A stretch of 64,000 nucleotides of DNA from Candidatus Moanibacter sp. (lineage in GTDB: Bacteria > Verrucomicrobiota > Verrucomicrobiia > Opitutales > UBA2987), in assembly GCA_965215885.1 (NCBI GenBank), contig CBDCEW010000088.1:35853-99852 (forward strand), given 5' to 3'. Below, one piece after another: positions 52,723 to 63,596 of the stretch (positions are counted from its first letter, which is position 1; each line of letters opens with the position of its first letter). The notes under the pieces are model-generated. The model did no database searches and was not told the origin of the DNA. It saw nothing but the letters and a program-made list of their open reading frames with translations. The position numbers and the translations under genes were made by a program.

Positions 52723-53157
52723 ATGAACATCGATTCCGTATTCTTACCTGAGGCAAGCGCAGATAAAGCACTGTTCGAGCCGCCCAGCGGCAAGACATTG
52801 GGAGCGGAGGACTTCATCAAGCTTCTGTCCGTACAATTGGCGAATCAGGACCCTCTGGAACCGATGAAAGACACTGCCTTCATCGCGCAAATGTCGAGTT
52901 TCAGCTCTCTCGAGAGGATGAAGGACTTGTCAATTGCCTTTCAGCAGTTCTCTCAGGAACAACAGAAGATCCAGGCTCAGAATTACCTTGGAAAAGAGGT
53001 TGCATTGATAAACGGAGGGGGAGCGGAAATTTCCGGAGTGGTGACTGCAGTAAGCAATCTTGAAGGTAAAACAAGAGTGAGCGTGGGAGGGGAAGAGTAT
53101 CCGGTGGAGAGTATCGTGAGCGTGCGAATTTCAAATAGCAATTCAGCGGACAGCTGA
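52723..53157 (+). CDS. flgD: Hook capping protein FlgD
   Basis: DFIKLLSVQLANQDPLEPM..FIAQMSSFSSLE. Confidence 0.95.
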   Translation: MNIDSVFLPEASADKALFEPPSGKTLGAEDFIKLLSVQLANQDPLEPMKDTAFIAQMSSFSSLERMKDLSIAFQQFSQEQQKIQAQNYLGKEVALINGGGAEISGVVTAVSNLEGKTRVSVGGEEYPVESIVSVRISNSNSADS

Positions 53158-53207
53158 GAAAAACGGAACCCAGAGTATCCTTATACTCCAAGAAAGGCGA
53201 GAAAGTC

Positions 53208-54194
53208 ATGTCTCTAATTAGTTCATTAACGAGTGGCGTAAGCGCCCTGAAAAGTTTCACCCGTGGCATTGAGGTTATCGGAAATAACATCGCCAATGTT
53301 AATACGACTGCGTTCAAGGCTTCGCGGGTGGATTATACCGACAGTTTCAGTAACCTCCTGAAGCAGTCCAGTGTATCACCGAGTGGGAGTTCCGGATCGA
53401 ACCAGGCCTCAAGCCAGGTGGGCACGGGAGTGCAGGTAGGAGCGATATCCTCGCGATTCACCCAGGGGCAGTTAAATTCGACGGGAATCACTACCGATCT
53501 GGGAATCGTAGGAGAAGGTTTTTTCAAAGTTGACGATACGATCAATAACCTGAGTCTGGCAACTCGAGCGGGAAATTTCCGTCTCGATGATCGGGGTTAC
53601 ATGGTTACTCCGGACGGCTTTCGCTTACAGGGTCTAACCGGCGGGACGATTACCTATGATGTCACCGACGTGGGTGGGGAGATAACCTTTACCCCGACTA
53701 TTATCGCTCCCACGACGGTGGGAGACATCCGACTCGACTTCAGTCTCGCGGTAGGAGGTGGGCTGACCAATTCGACGGGAGGCGCCTTTACCGATGCTCA
53801 GGTCGAGGCGGCAGCGCCGGGCCTTAGGGGCATGAGCATCGATAAACTGGGAAACATTCAGCTTATCCTCAGCAATGGCGATGTATTTGATGCGGGAAAA
53901 GTCCTCCTTATGGATTTTAAGGATCCACAGGCTTTGGTGGCGGAAGGTAACGGACTCTATTCCGGCTTCGAAGCAGCCGGGATCATAGGAAGCGTAAATC
54001 TGACAGTGGCGGATAACTCGCCTGGCGGCAATTCGCTGGGCACTTTGCAGTCGGGCACCTTGGAGCAATCCAACGTCGATTTGACGGAAGAGTTCACAAA
54101 TATGATCACGACGCAACGGAGTTTTCAGGCGGGCGCACGCATCATCACTGTTTCCGACGATATTCTCAATGAGGTCGTGAATCTTAAGCGTTAA
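53208..54194 (+). CDS. flgE: Flagellar hook protein FlgE (short)
   Basis: IGNNIANVNTTAFK, TRAGNF, LEQSNVDLTEEF. Confidence 0.9.
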   Translation: MSLISSLTSGVSALKSFTRGIEVIGNNIANVNTTAFKASRVDYTDSFSNLLKQSSVSPSGSSGSNQASSQVGTGVQVGAISSRFTQGQLNSTGITTDLGIVGEGFFKVDDTINNLSLATRAGNFRLDDRGYMVTPDGFRLQGLTGGTITYDVTDVGGEITFTPTIIAPTTVGDIRLDFSLAVGGGLTNSTGGAFTDAQVEAAAPGLRGMSIDKLGNIQLILSNGDVFDAGKVLLMDFKDPQALVAEGNGLYSGFEAAGIIGSVNLTVADNSPGGNSLGTLQSGTLEQSNVDLTEEFTNMITTQRSFQAGARIITVSDDILNEVVNLKR

Positions 54195-54221
54195 TTTCTA
54201 AACCGTTTGGGACTTGGAAAT

Positions 54222-54755
54222 ATGGCTGACGAAGCAGTAGAGAATCTCCCCCCGGCCGGTGGGGAGAGCGGAAAGGGCGGGGGAAATCCCATCCTACCGG
54301 TGCTGGCAGTTGTGATTCTCTTACCGGCCATCACTTTTGCGTTGAGTGAATTCGTGCTTATTCCGCGAATGAAGGAGGCTCTCGGGGTGACGGCCGGTCA
54401 AGAGAGTCACAACGGGGAAGGTAAGGAAGGTGGCGCCTATTTGGGACACGGTGATGTATTCACTTACGAATTTCCCAATATCGTAGCCAACCTTTCAGGG
54501 GCCCTGAAGAGCCGGTATGTAAAGATTAGTTTTACAGTGGAAAGTAAAGAAAGCGATTTTGTGGCGATCATGGAATCGAACCGGATCCGTCTGATCGACG
54601 CTACCCTGGGCGTCCTATCGGGATTGACATTAGCGGATCTGGAGGAGCCGGGAGTGAAAAATGTCTTGAGAAACAGTCTTCTTAACATTTTTGAAACGAC
54701 CTTGAATTCAAAGATCGTAGAACAGCTCTATTTCTCGGAAATAGTTGTGCAGTAA
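54222..54755 (+). CDS. fliL: FliL
   Basis: Single TM, IVANL, LYFSEIVVQ. Confidence 0.9.
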   Translation: MADEAVENLPPAGGESGKGGGNPILPVLAVVILLPAITFALSEFVLIPRMKEALGVTAGQESHNGEGKEGGAYLGHGDVFTYEFPNIVANLSGALKSRYVKISFTVESKESDFVAIMESNRIRLIDATLGVLSGLTLADLEEPGVKNVLRNSLLNIFETTLNSKIVEQLYFSEIVVQ

Positions 54756-55774
54756 TGAGCGATGAGCCGAAGAATGCGCCATCAGAATCCGAAGCACTCG
54801 AACAGTCGGAGAACGATACGAAAGTGGCTGGCTCTGATGCAGAGCCGGCGTTTGCCGTATTTCGATCAAACGGTGAACATTTCGAATCTCCCGAAGAAAT
54901 TTCCGTCGATGCTTACGACTTTCGAAATCCCGTCTTGCTAACGGAGGCCGAACTCCGTCCGGTAAAGATCAGACACGAACAGTTTATTCACTGTGTTGCG
55001 GCGCGACTCTCCCTGTTTCTCCGCATGGACTTTCTCTTGAAGATGGGGCAGCTGTTTACGATTCCCTACAGGAAATTCGTCGAGTCGATACCGAATCCAT
55101 CCTATATCTCAATGTTCCAAGTGGAACAGCTCTCCGGTGTGGGGGTCTTCGCCCTCACCCCGCGTTTGGCCATGACAATGATCGATCGTATTTTAGGCGG
55201 GGAAGGCCAAACCGTAAAGGATGAACGCTATCTTACGGAGATAGAAATCACGCTCATTGAGGACGTAATCAATATCGTATTGGAGGAGTGGTGCAGGCAG
55301 TGGGAAGACGTCCTTGAACTGAATGCGATAATAACGGGAAGTGAAAACAGCGGAAGATTTCTTCAGACTTCGCCCCAGGCCTCAATCGTGCTCGTCATAA
55401 CGATGGAATGCAATTTCGGAGATTTCTCTGAGCAAGTTCAATTAGCCCTTCCCTATCATATGATCGAACCGGTCATCAAGAAGCTGCAGGAAAAGGAGAG
55501 AAAAGATACAGGCTATCGTGAAAAGAAAGACGACGCCCAGTGGCGCGATGCCTACGCCGATGTAGATATCCCTGTTTTTGCCGATTGGGAAGCTTTCAAG
55601 TTAACGCTCAGAGATCTGGTCAACCTGCGTCCTGGAGATGTCCTTGAACTGCCTCGAGAGATAATCGGGCAGACCAGAATCTCCCTCATGGATACGCCCC
55701 GGTTTGTTGGTGAGATCGGACTGGAGGGTCAATATACGGCTGTAAAAGTTACTGAAGTAATTGAAAATCAGTGA
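54755..55774 (+). CDS. fliM: Flagellar motor switch protein FliM
   Basis: YDFRNP, RILGG, LTEIE, C-terminal SPOA. Confidence 0.93.
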   Translation: MSDEPKNAPSESEALEQSENDTKVAGSDAEPAFAVFRSNGEHFESPEEISVDAYDFRNPVLLTEAELRPVKIRHEQFIHCVAARLSLFLRMDFLLKMGQLFTIPYRKFVESIPNPSYISMFQVEQLSGVGVFALTPRLAMTMIDRILGGEGQTVKDERYLTEIEITLIEDVINIVLEEWCRQWEDVLELNAIITGSENSGRFLQTSPQASIVLVITMECNFGDFSEQVQLALPYHMIEPVIKKLQEKERKDTGYREKKDDAQWRDAYADVDIPVFADWEAFKLTLRDLVNLRPGDVLELPREIIGQTRISLMDTPRFVGEIGLEGQYTAVKVTEVIENQ

Positions 55775-55782
55775 GTTGAGAT

Positions 55783-56043
55783 ATGGCTATGGAACCTGAT
55801 GCAAGAAACATGGATGTAGTTCTGGATATAAAAGTCCAGGTGACTGTACAGCTGGGATCGTGTGAGTTGCCTATGCGCGAGGTATTTTCACTGAATTCCG
55901 GTTCGGTCCTCCAGTTGAGACAACAGGCGAAGGATCCGGTCGGCCTTCTTGTCAATGGAAGACTGATCGGCTATGGAGAAGTGGTCGTGGTAGAGGACAA
56001 CTTCGGTATAAAGATTACCGAATTGGTGGGTGGCTCGGGCTAA
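55783..56043 (+). CDS. fliN: Flagellar motor switch protein FliN
   Basis: VNGRLIGYGEVVVVEDNFGIKITE. Confidence 0.95.
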   Translation: MAMEPDARNMDVVLDIKVQVTVQLGSCELPMREVFSLNSGSVLQLRQQAKDPVGLLVNGRLIGYGEVVVVEDNFGIKITELVGGSG

Positions 56044-56134
56044 TCCCGGCAGGCCGGGATGGGACTTTATGCATCTTTCGAAAGAGTTACTTGATTTCAT
56101 TCCGATCCCGCTGAGGGGGACCAGAAACAAGAAA

Positions 56135-56611
56135 ATGAACCTGAGATTTGTGGGAAAAAGGCTGCGGTGTGCCCTCGCTTGGGCTATCTGCTGCGGTCTT
56201 GGGGGACCTTCTCTTGCCCGGGAAAACGCGGATTTCCTTTATCCCGCGGAGACTCGTGGGTTCATGCAGGGGCAAGTGAGAGAGGATGTGTCTGATCCTG
56301 AATTTCCTCTCTTCAGCACCGTTCTGGTGGGAGCTTTGATCCTTTGCGGACTGATCGCGACGGGACTTCAAATCTCGCGAAAAGGGTCGATTCTTCCAAT
56401 CCGGCCCTCACGTGAAAACCGCCTGAAGTTATGTGAAACGCGGATGTTGGGCCACAGACAGTTTCTTGTAGTAGTGGAATACGAAAATCAGAAAATGCTC
56501 CTCGGCGTTGGACCTGGCACAATCGAACATCTCTGCTACCTGGAAATGCCGACGCCGGAAGGGGAGGTGGGCCAATCTCGATATGCCGAGGCGTTCGATG
56601 AAAAAGCGTGA
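56135..56611 (+). CDS. fliO: FliO
   Basis: TM plus ETRMLGHRQFLVVVE..MLLGV; between fliN and fliP; start uncertain. Confidence 0.8.
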   Translation: MNLRFVGKRLRCALAWAICCGLGGPSLARENADFLYPAETRGFMQGQVREDVSDPEFPLFSTVLVGALILCGLIATGLQISRKGSILPIRPSRENRLKLCETRMLGHRQFLVVVEYENQKMLLGVGPGTIEHLCYLEMPTPEGEVGQSRYAEAFDEKA

Positions 56612-57390
56612 AACGTAGCCTGAATATCACTCCCCTGATCTTCTTCCTGACGTTGACGATATTCTCCTTTCCGGTGTGTCTGGGAGCGGAGGAGAGTGTG
56701 AGCGAGGGGGTGGCGGGATCGATCTCGATAAGGTTGGATATCGGTGGCGGTGGGGTAAACGGCGATGTCAGTACGGCCATACAGATCCTTATCTTCATGA
56801 CGCTACTCACGCTGGCGCCTTCCATAATAATGCTCATGACGAGTTTTACGCGTATAGTGATCGTCTTGGGATTTGTGCGCAACGCCTTGGGAGTTCAAGG
56901 GGCACCATCGAACCAGATCGTAGTGGGACTCGCCCTCTTTCTAACGGTTTTCATAATGGGTCCGATTTGGAACCGGATTCATACCGACGGAGTTACGCCC
57001 TATCGGGAGAAGGAGATCACTTCCCTGAAAGCTCTGGAATTGGCTTCCGGCGAATTGAAGGGATTCATGCTTAAGCAGACGAGGAGCAGCGATCTGGAAT
57101 TTTTTCTAGGTCTTGCCGGCATGGGACCGACGCGGGTGCATGATTTGCCGATAAGAATTGTGTTACCAGCCTTCGTCCTGAGCGAATTGAGGACGGCTTT
57201 TCAGATGGGGTTCCTCATCTACATACCGTTTATCATCATCGATTTCCTGGTGGCGTCGACTCTCATGTCGATGGGCATGATGATGATGCCCCCGGTCATA
57301 ATATCGCTCCCATTCAAACTCCTGCTCTTTGTCCTGGTGGACGGATGGTATCTCATAATTCGCTCACTGGTGGCAAGTTTCACCCTATGA
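56608..57390 (+). CDS. fliP: FliP
   Basis: MTSFTRIVIV, MGMMMMPP, KLLLFVLVDGW. Confidence 0.96.
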   Translation: MKRSLNITPLIFFLTLTIFSFPVCLGAEESVSEGVAGSISIRLDIGGGGVNGDVSTAIQILIFMTLLTLAPSIIMLMTSFTRIVIVLGFVRNALGVQGAPSNQIVVGLALFLTVFIMGPIWNRIHTDGVTPYREKEITSLKALELASGELKGFMLKQTRSSDLEFFLGLAGMGPTRVHDLPIRIVLPAFVLSELRTAFQMGFLIYIPFIIIDFLVASTLMSMGMMMMPPVIISLPFKLLLFVLVDGWYLIIRSLVASFTL

Positions 57391-57656
57391 ATATTGAGAT
57401 GGCAGTCGACATTTTTCAGATGCTGGTGGTGACAGCGCTCTTTCTGATTAGCCCGATTCTGGGTACTGCCATTGGGATAGGGCTGGTCGTGAGCCTGCTG
57501 CAGACGGTAACGAGCATCCAGGATCAGACTCTGACATTTGCTCCCAAACTGGTCGGGGTTGGGATCATGATGATAGTTGGAGCGCACTGGATGATGCGCA
57601 ATCTCATGGAATTCACCATGTCGTTTTTTGAGCGGTTGGTGGAGATGGCGCCATGA
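57387..57656 (+). CDS. fliQ: FliQ
   Basis: QTVTSIQDQTLTFAPK. Confidence 0.95.
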   Translation: MNIEMAVDIFQMLVVTALFLISPILGTAIGIGLVVSLLQTVTSIQDQTLTFAPKLVGVGIMMIVGAHWMMRNLMEFTMSFFERLVEMAP

Positions 57657-58414
57657 TCATGTGGGTAGATGAACTGATGTTGAGTCTGTTCGTCTTCATT
57701 CGGGCAGGCACGTTACTTTTCGCGATACCGGTATTCTCGGGCCGGCTTGTGCCGGTACCGGCTCGCTTAGCATTAGCACTGCTTTTAGCAATTATTGTTA
57801 CCCCGCTACTCCCTCCCGGATTCTCCCCTCCGAGGACGCTCGTCGATGTCATATTCACTGGCTTTCAAGAGATGTTGGCGGGGCTGCTGATGGGGATGGC
57901 GGTGAGAATAGTGTTCTCTACGATAAATTTTGCCGGACACATCATATCGACGGAAATGGGACTGGTGATGAGTTCAAGCGTAAACCCCCTCAGTGAGGGA
58001 TCTTCGACCACGGTCGGGGTGCGCCTATTCTATTTCGGGACATTGGTATTCCTCATTACGGGAATGCACTACGAGGTCATCTTTGCCTTCGTCAGGAGTT
58101 TTGGCATACTACCGGTGGGCGAGTCGGTCGCGAGAGCGATGGCGATGGATGTGCTCGTCAGGGAGAGTTCGAAGATCTTTCTCGTCGGGATGCAGATTGC
58201 CGCTCCCTTTATCGCAGTCAATTTCCTGGTGAATCTGACATTTGCGGTTCTGGGAAAGGCGGCACCCAAAGTAAACGTCTTCATGACGAGCTTTGCGGTG
58301 AGGATCCTGACTGGGTTCGCTATCCTCCTCGCCACCGTTGGGCTCATTGCCCACTACATCGTGAGGGAATCGATGGTGGCATCCGGGAACATGCTGGAGT
58401 TTCTTTCCTACTAG
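57653..58414 (+). CDS. fliR: FliR
   Basis: Hydrophobic, FAGHII..MGL, KAAPKVNVF. Confidence 0.93.
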   Translation: MIMWVDELMLSLFVFIRAGTLLFAIPVFSGRLVPVPARLALALLLAIIVTPLLPPGFSPPRTLVDVIFTGFQEMLAGLLMGMAVRIVFSTINFAGHIISTEMGLVMSSSVNPLSEGSSTTVGVRLFYFGTLVFLITGMHYEVIFAFVRSFGILPVGESVARAMAMDVLVRESSKIFLVGMQIAAPFIAVNFLVNLTFAVLGKAAPKVNVFMTSFAVRILTGFAILLATVGLIAHYIVRESMVASGNMLEFLSY

Positions 58415-58507
58415 GAATCTGTCCGACTTAGAATTCCTCATATTCCCTGGTGCAGATTTCACGGTGACAGATGGACATTCCCACGCAAATGAGACCGACA
58501 GACTCCT
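58411..58507. mobile_element. MITE family C copy (overlaps the fliR stop codon)
   Basis: CTAGGAATCTGTCCGACTTAG..TTTCACGGTGACAGAT..GACCGACAGACTCCT. Confidence 0.8.
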
Positions 58508-58618
58508 GGGAGCCTGATGAATGGAGTTCAAAGAAGCCCGTTGGGCAGCTACCCGAAAATCCCACTCCAAAGAATGACTTGGAATTCACTCCCGTGAAGG
58601 AACAGGTTGGCATTTGAT

Positions 58619-59716
58619 ATGGCTGAGCAGGACCAGAGTTCCAAGACTGAGCAGCCGACTTCTAAGCGGCTTAGGGAGGCGCACAAAGAGGGCAATTTCC
58701 CTCAAAGTCAGGAGATTGGAACCGTCTTTGTGTTGGCTGCCGCCTTTCTCGTGTTGGCCTTTCTCGCAAAGCAGAAATCTATCGAACTGGCCCTCCTGGC
58801 GTCGGCCGTATTCAGCAACCTCACAGTATCGGAAATTACTGTTGAAAGAACTGTCGACGGCCTCCGCTATGCCCTGAATGCGACGCTCTTTCTGCTGGCG
58901 CCTGTCCTCATCGGGACGGTCATAGGGGCGGTGTTGGCAGGAGGGATGCAGAGCGGGTTTAGACTCACCGCCGGCAAGTTGGAGCCGAATCTGGCGAAAT
59001 TCAACCCCGTCAATGGAATGAAGAAACTGTTCAATGCGCAGAGCGCTGTGCAGCTGGCAACGGACCTTCTCAAGTTCATTGCCATTGGAGCGATCCTTTA
59101 CGGATTGATCCGGGAAATTATGAGTGACGACATATTCCACTCTCCGGTGCCACCCTTCTATCTCGGAGAGTTTCTATTTGATATAACCCTTCTCATGCTG
59201 GCCCGTCTCATCATCGCCATCGGGGTAATCGCGATTCTCAACTACCTCTATCAGCGGCACAAGGTTCGCAAGGACCTGATGATGACCCGCCAGGAAGTAA
59301 AGGATGAACGAAAGAATGCGGAAGGTAATCCGGAAGTAAAGTCGGCGCAGAGGCACATGGCGCGCCAGATCCTGCAGAAGCAGATGCTGAAGTCGATTCC
59401 TCTGGCGGACGTTGTGGTAACGAATCCGACCCACTTTGCGGTGGCGCTGAAATATGAACAGGGCAGGAATTCGGCTCCCGTGGTGGTGGCGAAGGGTGTG
59501 AATCTCTTCGCATTGCGCATTATCGATATCGCAAACCGGCACGGGGTTCCGCGGATAGAGAACCGGGGGGTTGCTCAGATGCTTTACCGCCTGGGAAGAG
59601 TGGGAGAATCGATACCTGTCGAGCTATACGAAGTGGTAGCCAGCATTCTCTCCCATGTCTATCGCTTGCACCGCTATTATTTCCATCGCTTGAAAGCGAG
59701 AAGATTGGGGCAGTAG
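58619..59716 (+). CDS. flhB: FlhB
   Basis: KTEQPT, EGNPEVK, NPTH autocleavage motif. Confidence 0.96.
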   Translation: MAEQDQSSKTEQPTSKRLREAHKEGNFPQSQEIGTVFVLAAAFLVLAFLAKQKSIELALLASAVFSNLTVSEITVERTVDGLRYALNATLFLLAPVLIGTVIGAVLAGGMQSGFRLTAGKLEPNLAKFNPVNGMKKLFNAQSAVQLATDLLKFIAIGAILYGLIREIMSDDIFHSPVPPFYLGEFLFDITLLMLARLIIAIGVIAILNYLYQRHKVRKDLMMTRQEVKDERKNAEGNPEVKSAQRHMARQILQKQMLKSIPLADVVVTNPTHFAVALKYEQGRNSAPVVVAKGVNLFALRIIDIANRHGVPRIENRGVAQMLYRLGRVGESIPVELYEVVASILSHVYRLHRYYFHRLKARRLGQ

Positions 59717-59720
59717 CAGA

Positions 59721-61905
59721 ATGAGTATGCAGAGCGAAACGGAAAGAGGGAGCTTCGGCCAGGTGCTTCGAAATGCGGACCTTGTCTTTACGTTCGGTCT
59801 CTTCGGCACCGTCATCCTGTTGGTTCTCCCCATTCCACCGGTGTTATTGGATCTCCTTCTTGCGGTCAGTATCGGTATCTCTCTCCTCATTCTACTCATT
59901 GTAATTTACGTACACGAGCCGCCCGAATTCTCCGTATTTCCCACCATGCTGCTGGCCGTTACTTTATTCCGGCTGGGTTTGAATGTCGCCTCCACGCGAC
60001 TCATCCTTCTGAACGGTTATGCGGGTAATGTAATCGACTCCTTCGGAAACTTTGTAGTGCACGGCAACTTTGTTGTTGGGGCAGTCGTCTTCACCATTCT
60101 CGTGATCATTAATTTCGTCGTCATTACAAAAGGGGCGGGGGCGAATTGCGGAAGTAGCTGCGAGATTCACCCTGGATGCAATGCCGGGGAAACAGATGTC
60201 AATCGATGCGGAGCTCAATGCGGGAGTGATTGATGAAAGGACGGCCACTTATCGGCGGATGAAGATCCAGAAAGAAGCGGACTTCTACGGATCCATGGAT
60301 GGGGCAAGCAAGTTTGTTCGAGGAGACGCCGTGGCAGGCATCCTCATAACAATCGTCAACGTGTTGGGAGGGATCGCCATTGGAGTTCTTCAGAAAGGGC
60401 TAAGCATTTACGATGCTATGCAGAAGTATACGCTCCTTTCGATTGGTGATGGCCTTGTAACTCAAATACCGGCGCTGATTGTGTCTGTGGCGGCCGGGAT
60501 CCTGGTTACGCGATCTTCAGAGAGTTCCAATCTGGGTTCTTTCATCGGGAGACAGCTGACCATATATCCCAGGGCTATTGGCATTGCCGGCGTCATGTTG
60601 GCAATATTCGCGATCCTGCCGGGAATGCCGATGGCGCCATTTATGGTTCTCGCTTCAAGCTGCTGGATCAGTGCTTATCTCATGAAGCGGAAAGGGCTGG
60701 GCCGGAGCGTCTCGGAAAGCGAGACGGATGAGTTTCTGCCCGCTTCTTCACCGAAAGGTCTACCGGGGCATGAGGGTTCGGATGAGTCGTCAGCTGTTGA
60801 AAATCCGGCGCTGGATTTTGAAAGAATCATCCAAATTGAGACTCTCTCAATGGAGCTGGGAGACGGCTTACTCCCCCTCACCGATAGAGATCAGAACGGC
60901 GACCTTCTTGGTCGGATTACGGGTGTGCGCAAGAGCATTGCCAGGGGGATGGGAATTATCGTTCCCCCGATATCGGTTCGCGATAACCATGATTTGGAAT
61001 CCAACCACTACCGTTTCCTGATGCGCGGCAGAGAGTTCGTTAACGGCATGGTAATGCCAAATCGTTGGATGGCCATGAACGTAGCGAACAGCGGCATCAC
61101 CCTCCAGGGTAGCCCAACGGTCGAGCCGGTATTCGGATTGGAGGCGGTCTGGATTACGGATGAGGAAAAGAAGACAGCGGAGATTCATGGGTACACGGTC
61201 GTGGATGCTTCTTCGGTATTGATCACGCATCAGTCTGAAACCCTTCGCGAAGTGGCACACCTCGTTCTTGAGCGTGAAGATGTGCAGAAATTAATCGACA
61301 TGGTTAAAGACAAGAATCCGACACTGGTGAATGAACTATTACCAGATCTTGCAAGCGTTGGCCTAATCCAGCGGGTACTACAGAATTTGTTAAAGGAACG
61401 CATTTCCATAAAGAATCTTCCCTTGATACTGGAGACTATAGCGGATTTTGCCGGGTTTACGAAGAATCCGGACGAACTGTCGGAACAGGTGAGAAGGCGG
61501 ATAGGGGTATATTTCATACAGGAATTTGAGAGCGAGCCGGGAACGATAAAAGCACTCACTCTGGAACCCAAGATCGAGCAGAGTCTAGTATCCCGGGTGA
61601 AGCGGAGCCAATTTGATGTTACGTTGATGATGGACCCGACATTGGCTCAGCACTTTCTCAATGAGTTGGGGCCACGCATCGAAGAAATGCTGGATCAGGG
61701 GCTGCCGCCGCTTCTTGTGGTTACGACGGAGATACGGCTCGCCTTCAAACGTTTCTTCGAGCCGAGTTTTCCGCGTCTTACCGTTATCGCATATCAGGAG
61801 ATGCCTAGTAATCTTGAGATTCGGAATTTTGGTATGATTGGGTTGCCACCCGGAGGTGTGCCCGAGATGGAGAATGAGGAGGTGCCTGAAGCGATACCGG
61901 CCTAG
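59721..61905 (+). CDS. flhA: FlhA with apparent +1 frameshift in G5 at 60137-60141
   Basis: Deleting one G restores [29 protein letters not shown]. Confidence 0.93.
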
Positions 61906-61927
61906 TCCCGGCTTGCCGGGACTAGAA

Positions 61928-62025
61928 AGGAATCTGTCGGTCTCATCTGGGCGGGAATATCGATCTGTCACTATGAAATTTTCACCCCGGAGATGTTAGG
62001 AATGCTAAGTCCGACAGATTCCTAG
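61928..62025. mobile_element. MITE family C intact copy; carries an unoccupied IS110 target
   Basis: Perfect 13-bp TIR AGGAATCTGTCGG / CCGACAGATTCCT. Confidence 0.88.
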
Positions 62026-62095
62026 CCTGCAAATTTCACCGCCTTGGCGCAAACGGAATTAAGATGATGATGATGGAGAACGAAGGAGACTTCAT

Positions 62096-63262
62096 ATGAG
62101 GATGGATACAGGAGCAAAGCGAGGGATAGTAGCAGGCAAAAAGTACCGCTTTGAAGTGCGCTCCGCGGAGGAAGCGGTGCGGACAATTCAGGAGCGGATG
62201 GGCAAAAGCGCTCGGGTGCTCTCGGTCAAGCAGGCTGGCGGGAGAGGAATGGCTCGTTTCCTCTCTTCACCTCGTCTGGAGATCATCGCGACGGTTCCTC
62301 CACCTCCCCGGTTATTGGAGGAGAACGAGGTGGAAGAGTGGCCCGCGCCGAATTTTGAAGAAGGAGGGCGGGAAGCAGAAAGAGAGGGGTCCTCTTCAGT
62401 GAAACCGGGTGTAACGGGCGTGATGGCTTTGGGAAGGGAAGAGGAGATGATTTGGGACCTGCTAAAGCGGTGCGGCTTTGGAGATTCTCTGCTATCCGGA
62501 TTCAAATACTCGCCGGAATGGCGAAAACTGCGACAGCTTTCCCTTCCTCAGGCACTGGCCGAAATCGCAGAGTGGTTAAGAAGAAATCTCGAGGGACTTG
62601 AAAAGCGCCCGGTGGGTAATCGGATTGCGTTATTCGGTGCTCCGGCTGTGGGAAAGACTACGGTGCTTTGCAAGCGGCTCGCCAAGGATGTATTTATACA
62701 TCGAAAGCATGTGCAGGTGTTGAAACTGGAAAGTGATACACCCAATCCAGACGATGCCCTGAGCGTGTTTTGCGAGGTACTGGGAGTCAACCTTTTGAGG
62801 GAGCCGTTTGATGAGCGCTCTCTGAACGAAGGAGACGTCCTGTATCTCGATCTTCCGGGAGTAGGATTGTCGGAGGAAAGCGAATGGAAGGCTCTCCGCC
62901 AACGGCTTGACCTGCTGAAGGTGGATACACGGGCGCTCGTGGTGAATGCGGCGTATGAATCCGGGCTCATCAGCGAGGCATACGAACTCGGACACAGGAT
63001 TAGTGCCACTCACGTCGTGTTTACGCACATGGACGAAGTGAGGGAAGTTTCCAAATTATGGCAATTTTTACTGAAAGGCGGATTGACACCGCTTCTGTTC
63101 AGCTTCGGCCAGAACGTGACGAGCGATTTTTCGGAAGACGTTGTAGGTTATCTTTCGGGGAGGGCATTTCCGTTCACCTTTCGGATGAACAACAATCCAA
63201 TAAAATTTAATGGCTCGGTGGACGCTCCCCTCAGCGTGCCGGGACAATCAGACCGAAAGTAG
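62096..63262 (+). CDS. flhF: FlhF-like SRP GTPase
   Basis: N-terminal B domain, GAPAVGKTT, DLPG, THMDE, FGQNV; follows flhA. Confidence 0.85.
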   Translation: MRMDTGAKRGIVAGKKYRFEVRSAEEAVRTIQERMGKSARVLSVKQAGGRGMARFLSSPRLEIIATVPPPPRLLEENEVEEWPAPNFEEGGREAEREGSSSVKPGVTGVMALGREEEMIWDLLKRCGFGDSLLSGFKYSPEWRKLRQLSLPQALAEIAEWLRRNLEGLEKRPVGNRIALFGAPAVGKTTVLCKRLAKDVFIHRKHVQVLKLESDTPNPDDALSVFCEVLGVNLLREPFDERSLNEGDVLYLDLPGVGLSEESEWKALRQRLDLLKVDTRALVVNAAYESGLISEAYELGHRISATHVVFTHMDEVREVSKLWQFLLKGGLTPLLFSFGQNVTSDFSEDVVGYLSGRAFPFTFRMNNNPIKFNGSVDAPLSVPGQSDRK

Positions 63263-63274
63263 GAGGAAGGGAAC

Positions 63275-63544
63275 ATGCCCGCAACAGTTACCAATCCCAA
63301 GTTTTTTCTCTCTATAGGAGGTTTCTTTGGCTTCATGGTAGCCCTGGCAAGCGGACTATGGGCCGAAACGGAAATGAGTCTGGTCATTCGCGACGCCTCT
63401 TTTGGCTGCGTATTGGGAGCCTTCCTGATGAGGAATCTCCTTCATGTTGTAAACAGCAGCATAGGCGCCGCGGTTGAGGAAAAGAGTAAAGAAGATGGGA
63501 TGGCGGACGATAACTCAGATGCGAATCCGCAGCCAAAGTACTAA
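63275..63544 (+). CDS. Small two-TM hypothetical protein
   Basis: RBS AGGAGG, two hydrophobic segments. Confidence 0.7.
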   Translation: MPATVTNPKFFLSIGGFFGFMVALASGLWAETEMSLVIRDASFGCVLGAFLMRNLLHVVNSSIGAAVEEKSKEDGMADDNSDANPQPKY

Positions 63545-63596
63545 GCCTGTGGGTGGGTTGAAATAGTGTACTTTTGAAAGTGAACGGAGTGAAACC

